UHGV virus genome: UHGV-0185078
Strand: one strand, 5' to 3'
Length of the DNA: 59,749 bases
Source: a virus
The translations under genes and the position numbers were made by a program. Under the pieces are notes generated by a model. The model saw only the letters and a program-made list of their open reading frames with translations, was not told where the DNA came from and did not search any database. The first letter of the stretch is position 1. Every line of letters begins with the position of its first letter. Shown here piece by piece: positions 19,489 to 27,783 of the stretch.

Positions 19489-20441
19489 TAGACACGTTCT
19501 CCAATTAATACACCGCGAAGATTTTCCCCAAAGAATGCGCAAGGTTGCGGATACAAACTAAAGTCCGCAGTCTTAACCACATTTTCGAGCAATAGCAGGA
19601 TGTCAATATTGTACACTCCCGTTATTGTACGGTCCTGTAATACAAAGCTTGCACCTTCCGCATCATCATAGTGAGTACGGGCTAGACCGTTTTCAATATA
19701 TACACGCGGTCGGTCTTCTGCGAACGGTTTAATTTTATGCAAGCCTTCAAAAAGACCTGGATCAACAGGATGTGCATTGCATTGAACATTTAAAATACGA
19801 CGTATATCGGGCCACTCTGCATCAATAAGCTGTGTGCGCAACCAGCGACCTTCCGGATAATGAAACGTCACATTATTCTTGCTAACCTGAATATGTGTCG
19901 GGTTAGCCTTAATGCGCAGTATTTCTTTAATTGCAACGGAAGGTATTATGCAATCGATAGGGAACTGATTACCAAACCAGTATTCCGCAATAGTGACGTT
20001 ATTTGTAGCAAACAGGCTACCGTTATTAATCAGGATACCGCAAGCCCACGGACGGGAAGCATCGGAGCCTACAAACGGAGCAACGGACTTTACACCATGC
20101 ACGAAGCGAGCACCGTCTATTTCGTACAAATCACCTTCAGGGAATACGTGCGGCGTTTCTTTATCGATGCAGCGTATAGCAACACGAAACGGACCGGACT
20201 TGATATTAAGTTTACCGTTAGCCATCATTGTTAGCTGCACCGTTTCATCGCAGTTTGAAATAGCTTTAATCATAGGTCCAGCTTCGGGCTTGCAATCAAT
20301 ATCCAGCTCAATAGGGCTACCCAGTGCAATAACACCGTTAAAGCCCTGTACTTGTCCATCACGAATAAGAAAACTGGTAAGCCCTTCTACCAGTTCCTTT
20401 TTAGCGACGGAGCCTTGAACAAATTTAAGAGCGTCTAACAT
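19488..20441 (-). CDS. DNA polymerase sliding clamp (DnaN/beta-clamp-like)
   Basis: 317 aa; RWLRTQLIDAEWPDIRRIL resembles DnaN KLVDGRFPDYRRVLP; translationally coupled to the polymerase gene. Confidence 0.55.
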   Translation of the reverse strand: MLDALKFVQGSVAKKELVEGLTSFLIRDGQVQGFNGVIALGSPIELDIDCKPEAGPMIKAISNCDETVQLTMMANGKLNIKSGPFRVAIRCIDKETPHVFPEGDLYEIDGARFVHGVKSVAPFVGSDASRPWACGILINNGSLFATNNVTIAEYWFGNQFPIDCIIPSVAIKEILRIKANPTHIQVSKNNVTFHYPEGRWLRTQLIDAEWPDIRRILNVQCNAHPVDPGLFEGLHKIKPFAEDRPRVYIENGLARTHYDDAEGASFVLQDRTITGVYNIDILLLLENVVKTADFSLYPQPCAFFGENLRGVLIGERV

Positions 20442-20668
20442 TAGCGATCCTCGATTGCTCTAATTGTGGTTAAATCTAATTCACAGGTTGGAGGTAATCC
20501 ATAAAGCCCCATTTGTCTTCCTTGCGCATTAAACCATGTACCTGACGGATCCTGCCACTGCTTAGGTGTCTTGTGGAGAAATACTACTCTGTTTTCACCG
20601 TAATAATTAATTCTTACACCTGTGTGAGTATATTTACGTTTACCTTTTGGTCTTCTTAAGTTAGCCAT
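20441..20668 (-). CDS. hypothetical basic protein
   Basis: 75 aa ORF, start and stop overlap neighbours. Confidence 0.4.
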   Translation of the reverse strand: MANLRRPKGKRKYTHTGVRINYYGENRVVFLHKTPKQWQDPSGTWFNAQGRQMGLYGLPPTCELDLTTIRAIEDR

Positions 20669-21588
20669 CAGAACAACTCCATTACACGATCACGGAATGT
20701 GCCATCATGGGTAGCGTTAATGTTTGCAGCAATTACACCATACGCCCATAAGTTGAAGGCAGCACGTGATTCATAGATTGTTGATAAACGTTCGTAAGTG
20801 AAACCGTTTTGCTCAAGGTATTTAAGGACAGCGTCTTGTTCAATTTCAGTTAATGTTGAAACATGCTTACCAAAATGATGGCGGTCCGGTGACTTATCTG
20901 ATACGCGCATTGGCCCCCACGGAGGAGTAACCACACTTCCAAACGCTGCCGCTTGAATCCAGGAGGATGAGTCACAACTATACCACGGATAACGTTCCAT
21001 AATGGTTGTTGACGTAATACCAAACGCATGAAGTTTAATCTTAGCACGTCCGCTACCATCGCAAATATATTTGTCCCACATGCGGTCAAGCCAAGTCTTA
21101 AGCGTGTCCGTTGAACGTCCTACCATGCCCCCGATGGTGATATATTCGTAGTTCTTCATGTAGTATTCAAGATAGCGGAAGTCCTCCCCAAAGTGAAAGC
21201 ACGGTAACGGTTTAGCACCGCGTGCTTCCATTTCAAGCTGGTTACGGTAGGTCTGCAACGGATCACCGATACCATCGAGCACTGACGCCATTACAGCACC
21301 ATCTTCTACCCGCAAAATGTCTTTATTGCGCTTGATGTACTCGCAGTATTCAACAATATCAATGTGAGCACCCAAAGAGTGAGCGGAGAATGCACCAGAG
21401 TCGAGAAACACTTTAGCCCCATCCGCACGCATTTGATCAACATACTTCTGACGCCCAACGTAGTGGTACGATTCCAAAATATGGGGCAGGTTGCGAGTGA
21501 TATTTTTCTCATGCTCGGATAGCTTTTCGTAACGCTGCTGTCCAGGCATATATCCGTTAGTATACACAGCCGCCATGAATACATTCAT
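20668..21588 (-). CDS. dpdA: DpdA, tRNA-guanine transglycosylase-like DNA 7-deazaguanine transglycosylase
   Basis: 306 aa; TGT-like VFLDSGAFS motif; clustered with folE, queD, queC, queE. Confidence 0.75.
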   Translation of the reverse strand: MNVFMAAVYTNGYMPGQQRYEKLSEHEKNITRNLPHILESYHYVGRQKYVDQMRADGAKVFLDSGAFSAHSLGAHIDIVEYCEYIKRNKDILRVEDGAVMASVLDGIGDPLQTYRNQLEMEARGAKPLPCFHFGEDFRYLEYYMKNYEYITIGGMVGRSTDTLKTWLDRMWDKYICDGSGRAKIKLHAFGITSTTIMERYPWYSCDSSSWIQAAAFGSVVTPPWGPMRVSDKSPDRHHFGKHVSTLTEIEQDAVLKYLEQNGFTYERLSTIYESRAAFNLWAYGVIAANINATHDGTFRDRVMELF

Positions 21589-21612
21589 ATCTTAAATATA
21601 CCTCCAATGACT

Positions 21613-21648
21613 AAAAAGCCCATACCAGTATTATGACCGATATGGGCT
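21613..21648 (-). terminator. rho-independent terminator between folE and dpdA
   Basis: Minus strand reads agcccata...tatgggct hairpin followed by ttttt. Confidence 0.55.
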
Positions 21649-21667
21649 TGATCTGTAAAGCTATCTA

Positions 21668-22270
21668 TTATTTACAAGCTTCAAGGAACTCCCGGCGCCA
21701 AATTTGCCCCATCTCGGTACATTGATCCGTTTCCCCGCGAAACGCCTTAGTGATGGTAGAGCTTCCGCACACTTGCTTAACGCCGCGCGACTCCATGCAC
21801 ATATGCTTGGCGTCAATATAAACACATACAGCTTTCGGGTTTAAATTCTCTTCAATAGCGTCTGCAATCTGGTTAGTAAGACGTTCCTGAACTTGCAGTC
21901 GACGACTAAAAGCATCCACCACGCGAGACAGCTTACTAAGCCCAACGATCTTCCCATTGGGGACATAACCCACAACAGCATGACCGATAATAGGAGCCAT
22001 GTGATGCTCACAATGGCTGTATACAGGGATATCACGGACAATGACCATTTCATTGGTGTTTTCCGCCCCATCCTCAAAGGTCTTAAACAGCCCAGCAATA
22101 TCTACATCGTAACCGCCGAACCATGTAGCATAGGCTTTAGCGACACGATATGGAGTCTCTTCCAAACCTGGACGTAATTCAGTGCGATTTTCAATTCGAG
22201 TTAGTAAAGCGCGCACCGCGCGAGTAATTTCAAATTGAATACTTTCGTCATTAATAGTAAATTTTGACAT
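21668..22270 (-). CDS. folE: GTP cyclohydrolase I
   Basis: 200 aa; conserved CEHHMAPI...GHAVVGYVPNGKIVGLSKLSRVVD signature. Confidence 0.9.
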   Translation of the reverse strand: MSKFTINDESIQFEITRAVRALLTRIENRTELRPGLEETPYRVAKAYATWFGGYDVDIAGLFKTFEDGAENTNEMVIVRDIPVYSHCEHHMAPIIGHAVVGYVPNGKIVGLSKLSRVVDAFSRRLQVQERLTNQIADAIEENLNPKAVCVYIDAKHMCMESRGVKQVCGSSTITKAFRGETDQCTEMGQIWRREFLEACK

Positions 22271-22305
22271 GGTTTGCAGTTTCCTTGTTTGTTAATGTGG
22301 TCATA

Positions 22306-22839
22306 TTACAGGCTATAGTTTACGTGACATTTCGAAGTTTCTTCGATGGTGCATTCTACAAGTTGAACACCATGTTCGTCAAGCAGTTGCGGCCCAATTA
22401 CGTTTACCATGTATGCAGCTAAGTTTTCCGCAGTAGGGTTGAACGGTAAAGATACCAGCGAGTCAAAGAAATGGTATCCGTCCTCTTGCTCTACCACGTC
22501 ATACCCTATAGCAGCGTCGTGACGTAAAAGAGCATCGAGTCCTTTAATGAGAGGATCATTTTCCCAATGCAGGAATTTATGATCCCAGTTATCTTCCAGC
22601 CATTGGCAGAGCGTAGTTTTAACCACACTAAAATCAATAACGCGCCCAACATCGTCCAGTTTACCTTCAACGGAGAAACCTTTCGCACCCGGGATGTAGT
22701 TTTCGCTTTCTACGCGCTTCGGTGCAACCTTAAAGTGAAACTTATAGTTGTGACCGTGAAGGTGGCGACATTTGCTTTCATGACCCACAACACGATGTCC
22801 GGCGCAAATTTCATGTGAACGAATTACTGTATAGCTCAT
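22306..22839 (-). CDS. queD: 6-carboxy-5,6,7,8-tetrahydropterin synthase
   Basis: 177 aa; CAGHRVVGHESKCRHLHGHNY zinc-binding signature. Confidence 0.85.
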   Translation of the reverse strand: MSYTVIRSHEICAGHRVVGHESKCRHLHGHNYKFHFKVAPKRVESENYIPGAKGFSVEGKLDDVGRVIDFSVVKTTLCQWLEDNWDHKFLHWENDPLIKGLDALLRHDAAIGYDVVEQEDGYHFFDSLVSLPFNPTAENLAAYMVNVIGPQLLDEHGVQLVECTIEETSKCHVNYSL

Positions 22840-23168
22840 TAGAACTTCTCCGCGTGTTTTTCGTATGCTTTATTAATGACAGTGAGAAAGCACTGGTCCC
22901 ACTCACTCCACAGGACTTTACCCATACTTACCGCTTCAATGTAAAAAGTATGAGTGGCATCATCTTGGAACAATTTAATAGTGACGTCCGAACCATTTTG
23001 GATATAACCCATCAACGCGCGTATTTTATCACCTACATCCATGTATGGATTAAACTGAGGAACTGCTTCTTCAACCGCATCAATTAAATCATAAGCTTGC
23101 TGAGGGATGGGATTTCCGAAGGCCTTATGGGCAACACCTATTCTTGCTAGATTGCTCAGCTTATTCAT
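22839..23168 (-). CDS. hypothetical protein inside deazaguanine cluster
   Basis: 109 aa ORF, start/stop overlaps with neighbours imply co-translation in the cluster. Confidence 0.45.
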   Translation of the reverse strand: MNKLSNLARIGVAHKAFGNPIPQQAYDLIDAVEEAVPQFNPYMDVGDKIRALMGYIQNGSDVTIKLFQDDATHTFYIEAVSMGKVLWSEWDQCFLTVINKAYEKHAEKF

Positions 23169-23755
23169 TTTAATACCTCTTTAGATTGTTCGATTTCTAA
23201 CGCACGCTGTGCAGACGCAATAATGTCTTTCAAATCTTCTACCAGACTTTTATGACCGCGTTCGCCCGGCTGCAACGCCTTTTTAATTAAATGTTGTAAA
23301 GCTGGGTTAGTTGTTTTCCAAGCTTCCAAGACATCATACACGTCCACGATGCATTTTACAACATTGCCGTTTTGATCTTTACCATGAATAATTCTCTGAT
23401 ATTTATTCATAGGGATTTTAGACGGTTCGTATTTCGTAAAAACTGCACCATTAAATGTATTACTTATGCTTATTTCACTAGAAGGTTGATGATACACTCC
23501 GGAGCGAGTATTTTCCCGGGCTTGTTTGACGTAATCATCCGCAACGATATATCTCCAGGCTATAATATCTTGAATTTTATAAGGGCTATCCTCATCCATA
23601 GCTGAACGCCCGTCTATAGCCCAATCCCATCCATGTAATAGATTCTTAACGTGTGTGCCGTTGCGCAAACGAACTTCAAACTTTTCATTGCGAAGAAAGA
23701 TTGGCATTCCTTTCCCATCGTGCTGGTGCCAAATTTTATTAAGATTATCTTTCAT
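23165..23755 (-). CDS. hypothetical protein inside deazaguanine cluster
   Basis: Start set to ATG 23755 (track start at 23794 is TTG); 196 aa; no recognised motif. Confidence 0.45.
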   Translation of the reverse strand: MKDNLNKIWHQHDGKGMPIFLRNEKFEVRLRNGTHVKNLLHGWDWAIDGRSAMDEDSPYKIQDIIAWRYIVADDYVKQARENTRSGVYHQPSSEISISNTFNGAVFTKYEPSKIPMNKYQRIIHGKDQNGNVVKCIVDVYDVLEAWKTTNPALQHLIKKALQPGERGHKSLVEDLKDIIASAQRALEIEQSKEVLK

Positions 23756-23756
23756 T

Positions 23757-24239
23757 CTACGCTCTTGCTGTACTTGAATGAACTTCGTAAACAATCCAAA
23801 GGATAGCGGATGCTGTGAACTTACTTAAGCTCATTGCCACCATTGATCCAGGATTAACAATACCTATAATACTTAAGAACACAATGGAGTCAATCGGTAC
23901 AGCTACCAAAGAGCTAATAAATACACGTTGATGAAACGGCTTCTTAGTAATCGTGTATACCGCATAGTCCGCAAACTCACTAAGCGCAAAAGACGCAACG
24001 GATGCAACTACAACAGCAGGATCCCCAAATACCCAGCTAAGGATGCAACCCACAATCATTGCAGGGATAACGCCTTTGCCAGCGTTACGCTGTGCGTAGT
24101 CACGCAACACAAAGATAATACCTACAAAGAAAGCCATCATTGGGACTACACCGAGTGGTGTATTAAGCATTGGAAGGTAGGAAAAGCCCAGGTTTACGAA
24201 TGTAATTGCAGCCAGATAAGCAACGATAAATTTCATACT
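23757..24239 (-). CDS. integral membrane protein, possible YhhQ/QueT-like 7-deazaguanine precursor transporter
   Basis: Start set to ATG 24239 (GGAG RBS 9 nt upstream); 160 aa with 4-5 hydrophobic helices; weak resemblance to the YhhQ family; lies between queD and queC. Confidence 0.4.
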   Translation of the reverse strand, partial: SMKFIVAYLAAITFVNLGFSYLPMLNTPLGVVPMMAFFVGIIFVLRDYAQRNAGKGVIPAMIVGCILSWVFGDPAVVVASVASFALSEFADYAVYTITKKPFHQRVFISSLVAVPIDSIVFLSIIGIVNPGSMVAMSLSKFTASAILWIVYEVHSSTARA

Positions 24240-24356
24240 TTTGTTCTCCAGTTTTAACAGCGTTATTCGCTGGTTGTTGGGTTTAAAAGCTTTAGTAGTA
24301 TAGTTGGGTTCCCGCACCCTAAACAATGCGCTAGCGGTGCGGTTTTCGCGGTAAGA

Positions 24357-25064
24357 TCAAGCTTTGCTAATAAATTCGCTGTACCCTTTAGCACGCAGTT
24401 TGCACGCAGGACATTCACCGCAACCATAGCCCCAGTCATGCAGAGTGCGACGGATACCATTATAGCAGGTATGGGACTGTTCAATTACTGTGGTTAAGAA
24501 ACCAACCTTATCCGCCAGTTCAAACGTTTCCGCTTTGTTTAAACGCATAAGAGGGGTAACAAAATGAATATCTGTTTCATATCCAACGTTTAACGTAGCT
24601 TCAAGGAGATCAACAAACTGCTGGCGACAATCCGGATAACCGCTATAGTCTGTTTCACAAACGCCTGTAACCACATATCGAGCGCCAACTTTCTGTGCGT
24701 AGGCGTGAGCGGTAGTCAGGAAAAGAGCATTACGGTTTGGCACAAAGCTTGCTGGAAGGTTGTTGTGCTGTTCGTGATGTTCGTTAACATCACCTTCGTT
24801 CCCGATTAAAGCGCTATTGCCAATCTGTTTTAAAGCAGGTAATTCAAAGACAACAAATGGGACATCGTGCTCTTTACAAATTTGATTAGCACAAGCCAGC
24901 TCAATGTTATGACGTTGACCGTATGCAAAACCAATAGCGTAGACCTTATCATAGTTATTAAGTGCAAGGCCCAAACAGGTTACGCTGTCCTGGCCGCCAG
25001 ACAGGACGACAACGGCGGAGTTATGATTTTTTACAGGGAATACCAGTTTATCTAATTTATTCAT
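24357..25064 (-). CDS. queC: 7-cyano-7-deazaguanine synthase
   Basis: 235 aa; PP-loop VVVLSGGQDS; C-terminal Zn-Cys cluster CYNG...CGECPAC. Confidence 0.9.
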   Translation of the reverse strand: MNKLDKLVFPVKNHNSAVVVLSGGQDSVTCLGLALNNYDKVYAIGFAYGQRHNIELACANQICKEHDVPFVVFELPALKQIGNSALIGNEGDVNEHHEQHNNLPASFVPNRNALFLTTAHAYAQKVGARYVVTGVCETDYSGYPDCRQQFVDLLEATLNVGYETDIHFVTPLMRLNKAETFELADKVGFLTTVIEQSHTCYNGIRRTLHDWGYGCGECPACKLRAKGYSEFISKA

Positions 25065-25269
25065 TTACTTCACCTTTAATATCACAAGGATTGATTGTTA
25101 CGTTTGACATCACAATTGGATGATTGCGTGCCCCAATTGTACTAACGTAATTAATATCTAATTCTACATGCACGCCCTGCATAGTAGCGTGAGCAATTGC
25201 AGAATTAAGTTTTTCCACCAGCTCAGTGATCATTTCCTGATGCTGTTTCGCTTCTTCCAAAGTGATCAT
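25057..25269 (-). CDS. hypothetical protein inside deazaguanine cluster
   Basis: 70 aa; ATG 25269 with GAAGGTGA RBS; overlaps the upstream ORF. Confidence 0.4.
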   Translation of the reverse strand: MITLEEAKQHQEMITELVEKLNSAIAHATMQGVHVELDINYVSTIGARNHPIVMSNVTINPCDIKGEVNE

Positions 25270-25522
25270 TTCTTTTCACCTTCACTAATGTTTGTTTATA
25301 ATCCATACCTTCAAGGTCAACTTCTGCCATTTCACAAAAGTTATTATCTTCCCAGTATGGTGTCCATTCAGTTTCACCATCCCTCAATGTTGGCTCATAC
25401 TCGAATCCGTAAACTGTACCGTCTTGATCCGTAGCCATCCACCGTACCCATTCAGGGACATCAATCTTATTGCCAAAGTATTCAACTTCTTTAGTATGCA
25501 CAACCTGACTTAACACACGCAT
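25223..25522 (-). CDS. hypothetical acidic protein inside deazaguanine cluster
   Basis: 99 aa ORF, start overlaps queE stop. Confidence 0.4.
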   Translation of the reverse strand: MRVLSQVVHTKEVEYFGNKIDVPEWVRWMATDQDGTVYGFEYEPTLRDGETEWTPYWEDNNFCEMAEVDLEGMDYKQTLVKVKRNDHFGRSETASGNDH

Positions 25523-26229
25523 TATTCCACCCCGATATATTTGTGAACCTGAAGCTGCAACGTGTACCCGTGTTTCATACAGCTTTGGACAACCGCTTGG
25601 ATGTTACTGTGGTTAAGATCTTCATCCTGCTCGTCCATTGGCTGTAAATATATCTTACCCTTGAACCCCTTCGGAGGTCTAGCGATAAATGGCGTAGCTT
25701 GATGATCTAATGCTTGAAGAGGTAAACCATCTTCCACGTTTACACAGCACGCTTTAAGTACATATTTAAATGCATTAGCGCGGTAAAGCACAGAAGGATG
25801 AATCTTTGAGGTCTTGGGACTACATACAATCACAGGCAACTGGGAAAAGTTCTTAGGTAAAGGCATAGACCCATTAGTTTCGATTTGCACCAAATAGCCC
25901 CGCGATAACAGTTGTTCAATAAACGGGTTAATTTGCTGACGGAACGGTTCACCCCCAGTAATAACCACAAGTGAGGTGCTATTGCCTGATTCCAGCTTAC
26001 GGCTTTCGATTAAACGCATGATATCAACAATGTGGTAAAGAGAACGACCAACAGTATAATCCGTGTCGCAGCCCGGGCATTGTAGGTTACATCCAGCAAG
26101 ACGCACAAATACAGCAGGTTGGCCGCAGAATGGCCCTTCACCCTGAATGGTAGAGAATACCGAATGCACGTCTAAATACATATCGTTTTCTTTAGAACGA
26201 GACTCGGGAGCTTGTTGATTAATATTCAT
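25522..26229 (-). CDS. queE: 7-carboxy-7-deazaguanine synthase (radical SAM)
   Basis: 235 aa; radical-SAM Cys triad CNLQCPGCDT; AGAGGA RBS. Confidence 0.9.
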   Translation of the reverse strand: MNINQQAPESRSKENDMYLDVHSVFSTIQGEGPFCGQPAVFVRLAGCNLQCPGCDTDYTVGRSLYHIVDIMRLIESRKLESGNSTSLVVITGGEPFRQQINPFIEQLLSRGYLVQIETNGSMPLPKNFSQLPVIVCSPKTSKIHPSVLYRANAFKYVLKACCVNVEDGLPLQALDHQATPFIARPPKGFKGKIYLQPMDEQDEDLNHSNIQAVVQSCMKHGYTLQLQVHKYIGVE

Positions 26230-26245
26230 CTTAAATCCTCTAGTG

Positions 26246-26274
26246 AAAAAGAAGGCGCCCCATTGGGCGCCTTC
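26246..26274 (-). terminator. rho-independent terminator upstream of queE
   Basis: 10-bp perfect stem gaaggcgccc/gggcgccttc, 4-nt loop, then ttttt on the minus strand. Confidence 0.7.
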
Positions 26275-26298
26275 ATTATAACGTGATATGTTTTGATA

Positions 26299-27102
26299 TT
26301 ACAAGCCGTTCAGGGCTTCCGGTACTGGTACAGGTACGCGACCAGTCACACCATTAAATTTCTTCCAGCGTGCATACTGGGTTTTAACAGTATCTTCGTT
26401 CAGACCGTGACGACCAGCCAGGTTCAGAACATAAGAGATCGGAGCAGGCTGGCCCAGCGTAGCGCTAATCTGGTCCATCAGAGCCCAGGCACGACCGCAG
26501 GAAGTTTCCGGTTGCGGACGGCGAACACCGTTCTGTTCCGGCATACGATTAGCTTCTTTTTCTTTCTCGCGGAGCTCTTTAGCGCGCGCTTTTTCCGCTT
26601 CTTTTTCTGCCTGTTTTGCAGCACGGATCTTGTCTTTGAAGCCTTTAATAGTAGATTCCAGTTCGTCGACCATGCTCTGAGCAGCAGTCACTGCACCGGA
26701 CAGATCTTCACCTTTGGATTTTTTAACAACTGCTTTCAGATCTTTCAGAGCATTCTTTAAATGCTTCAGCTGTTCAGAACCCTTAGATTCTGCTTCCGTA
26801 ATCTGTTCAACAGTGCTTTCATCGGTAATACCGGATAAAGCAAACTTCACGGTTTCAACTGCCTGGGAAAGAGCGGTAAATTTGTTTTCCGCTTCAGCGC
26901 GGATTTCAGCTTGTTTCTTTTCAGCGGCAGCTTTTTTCTCTGCTTCTTTTTTCTCTTTTGCTACGCGTGCAGCTTCAGCAGCAGCGGCTTTCTTAGCTTC
27001 TGCGTCATTCACAGTAGCTTCTTTCTTTGCAGGTTTAGCAGATTTTGCGGCGGCAGCGGCAGCGGCTGCGGCAGCAGCTTTTTTGTCTTCAATGTTGCTC
27101 AT
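26299..27102 (-). CDS. Lys/Ala-rich histone H1-like protein with conserved C-terminal domain
   Basis: ATG 27102 with GGAG RBS; poly-Ala run and KKAAAE repeats; C-terminal WALMDQISATLGQPAP...YARWKKFNG paralogous to C-terminus of ORF 43605-44219. Confidence 0.55.
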   Translation of the reverse strand: MSNIEDKKAAAAAAAAAAAKSAKPAKKEATVNDAEAKKAAAAEAARVAKEKKEAEKKAAAEKKQAEIRAEAENKFTALSQAVETVKFALSGITDESTVEQITEAESKGSEQLKHLKNALKDLKAVVKKSKGEDLSGAVTAAQSMVDELESTIKGFKDKIRAAKQAEKEAEKARAKELREKEKEANRMPEQNGVRRPQPETSCGRAWALMDQISATLGQPAPISYVLNLAGRHGLNEDTVKTQYARWKKFNGVTGRVPVPVPEALNGL

Positions 27103-27229
27103 TCTCTTCACTCCGAATTGTTATGGGTTCGTTTGTTACCAACGGGGTTAAATGTACCAAAGGATTTTGTGACACGCAACCCCTTATCTGAACATTTTTA
27201 AAAATATTTTTGATCAAGCTTAGAACTTA

Positions 27230-27724
27230 CTAGCTCTTTGCCCCTCTGCCCGGCGTCCATGCAGCTTGCAATGCGGGTTGCTCACAAACAACCCTGGCAC
27301 CGGAAATAATACCACCCTCCCGTTCAGCATCGTATTTGACACGGGCAGGTTTCCAAAGTCCTTCATCCATTGACGGAACGTATTGCCCAATTTGAGGTGA
27401 GCAAAAGCCTTGGATATCGTATTCCACACAGAATTCAGCTTGTGCGCTGATTTGGGCGTGATCCAGGATTGTTTCTGGAAGTTGCGTAAAGTAATCAAAC
27501 AAAATGCGCTCAACGATTTCCCGTTCATAAGGTGCAGCTCCTAAATTTTCTGTCAAGTTAATATAAAGCATTTGAAGATCAACATCTTCAAGATCGTGTA
27601 AATCGTCCACTGGTGTTACCAGTGTTGACTCCGGACAACAAATAATTCCAAGTTGGTGTAGTGTCAGCCAATTGGGATGCTTTGCCAAGAGCTCAAATTT
27701 ATCTGTATCAATTAGGACGTACAT
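27230..27724 (-). CDS. hypothetical acidic protein
   Basis: 164 aa; AGGGGA RBS 5 nt upstream of ATG. Confidence 0.45.
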   Translation of the reverse strand: MYVLIDTDKFELLAKHPNWLTLHQLGIICCPESTLVTPVDDLHDLEDVDLQMLYINLTENLGAAPYEREIVERILFDYFTQLPETILDHAQISAQAEFCVEYDIQGFCSPQIGQYVPSMDEGLWKPARVKYDAEREGGIISGARVVCEQPALQAAWTPGRGAKS

Positions 27725-27745
27725 TGCAATCCCCTGTAAATAAGT

Positions 27746-27768
27746 AATGCCCCAATAGTAGGGGCATT
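27746..27768 (-). terminator. candidate terminator after helicase gene
   Basis: aatgcccc-tactatt-ggggcatt hairpin followed by a U-rich stretch on the minus strand. Confidence 0.4.
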
Positions 27769-27783
27769 AGATGTTGAAGTCAA

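Noticed and set aside
24357-25064. Gat-QueC fusion or ArcS (which would imply a dG+ modification)
   Set aside because: QueC here is only 235 aa with no amidotransferase domain, and no ArcS-like ORF was recognised elsewhere
26980-27090. GCN-rich tandem DNA repeat (gcggcagcggctgcggcagcagc) as a satellite or VNTR
   Set aside because: It lies inside ORF 26299-27102 and encodes the poly-Ala/Lys tract; treated as coding low complexity
26293-27151. Plus-strand ORFs 26293-26760 and 26714-27151
   Set aside because: Antisense to the Lys/Ala-rich gene; Phe/Ser/Ala-rich shadow ORFs without RBS
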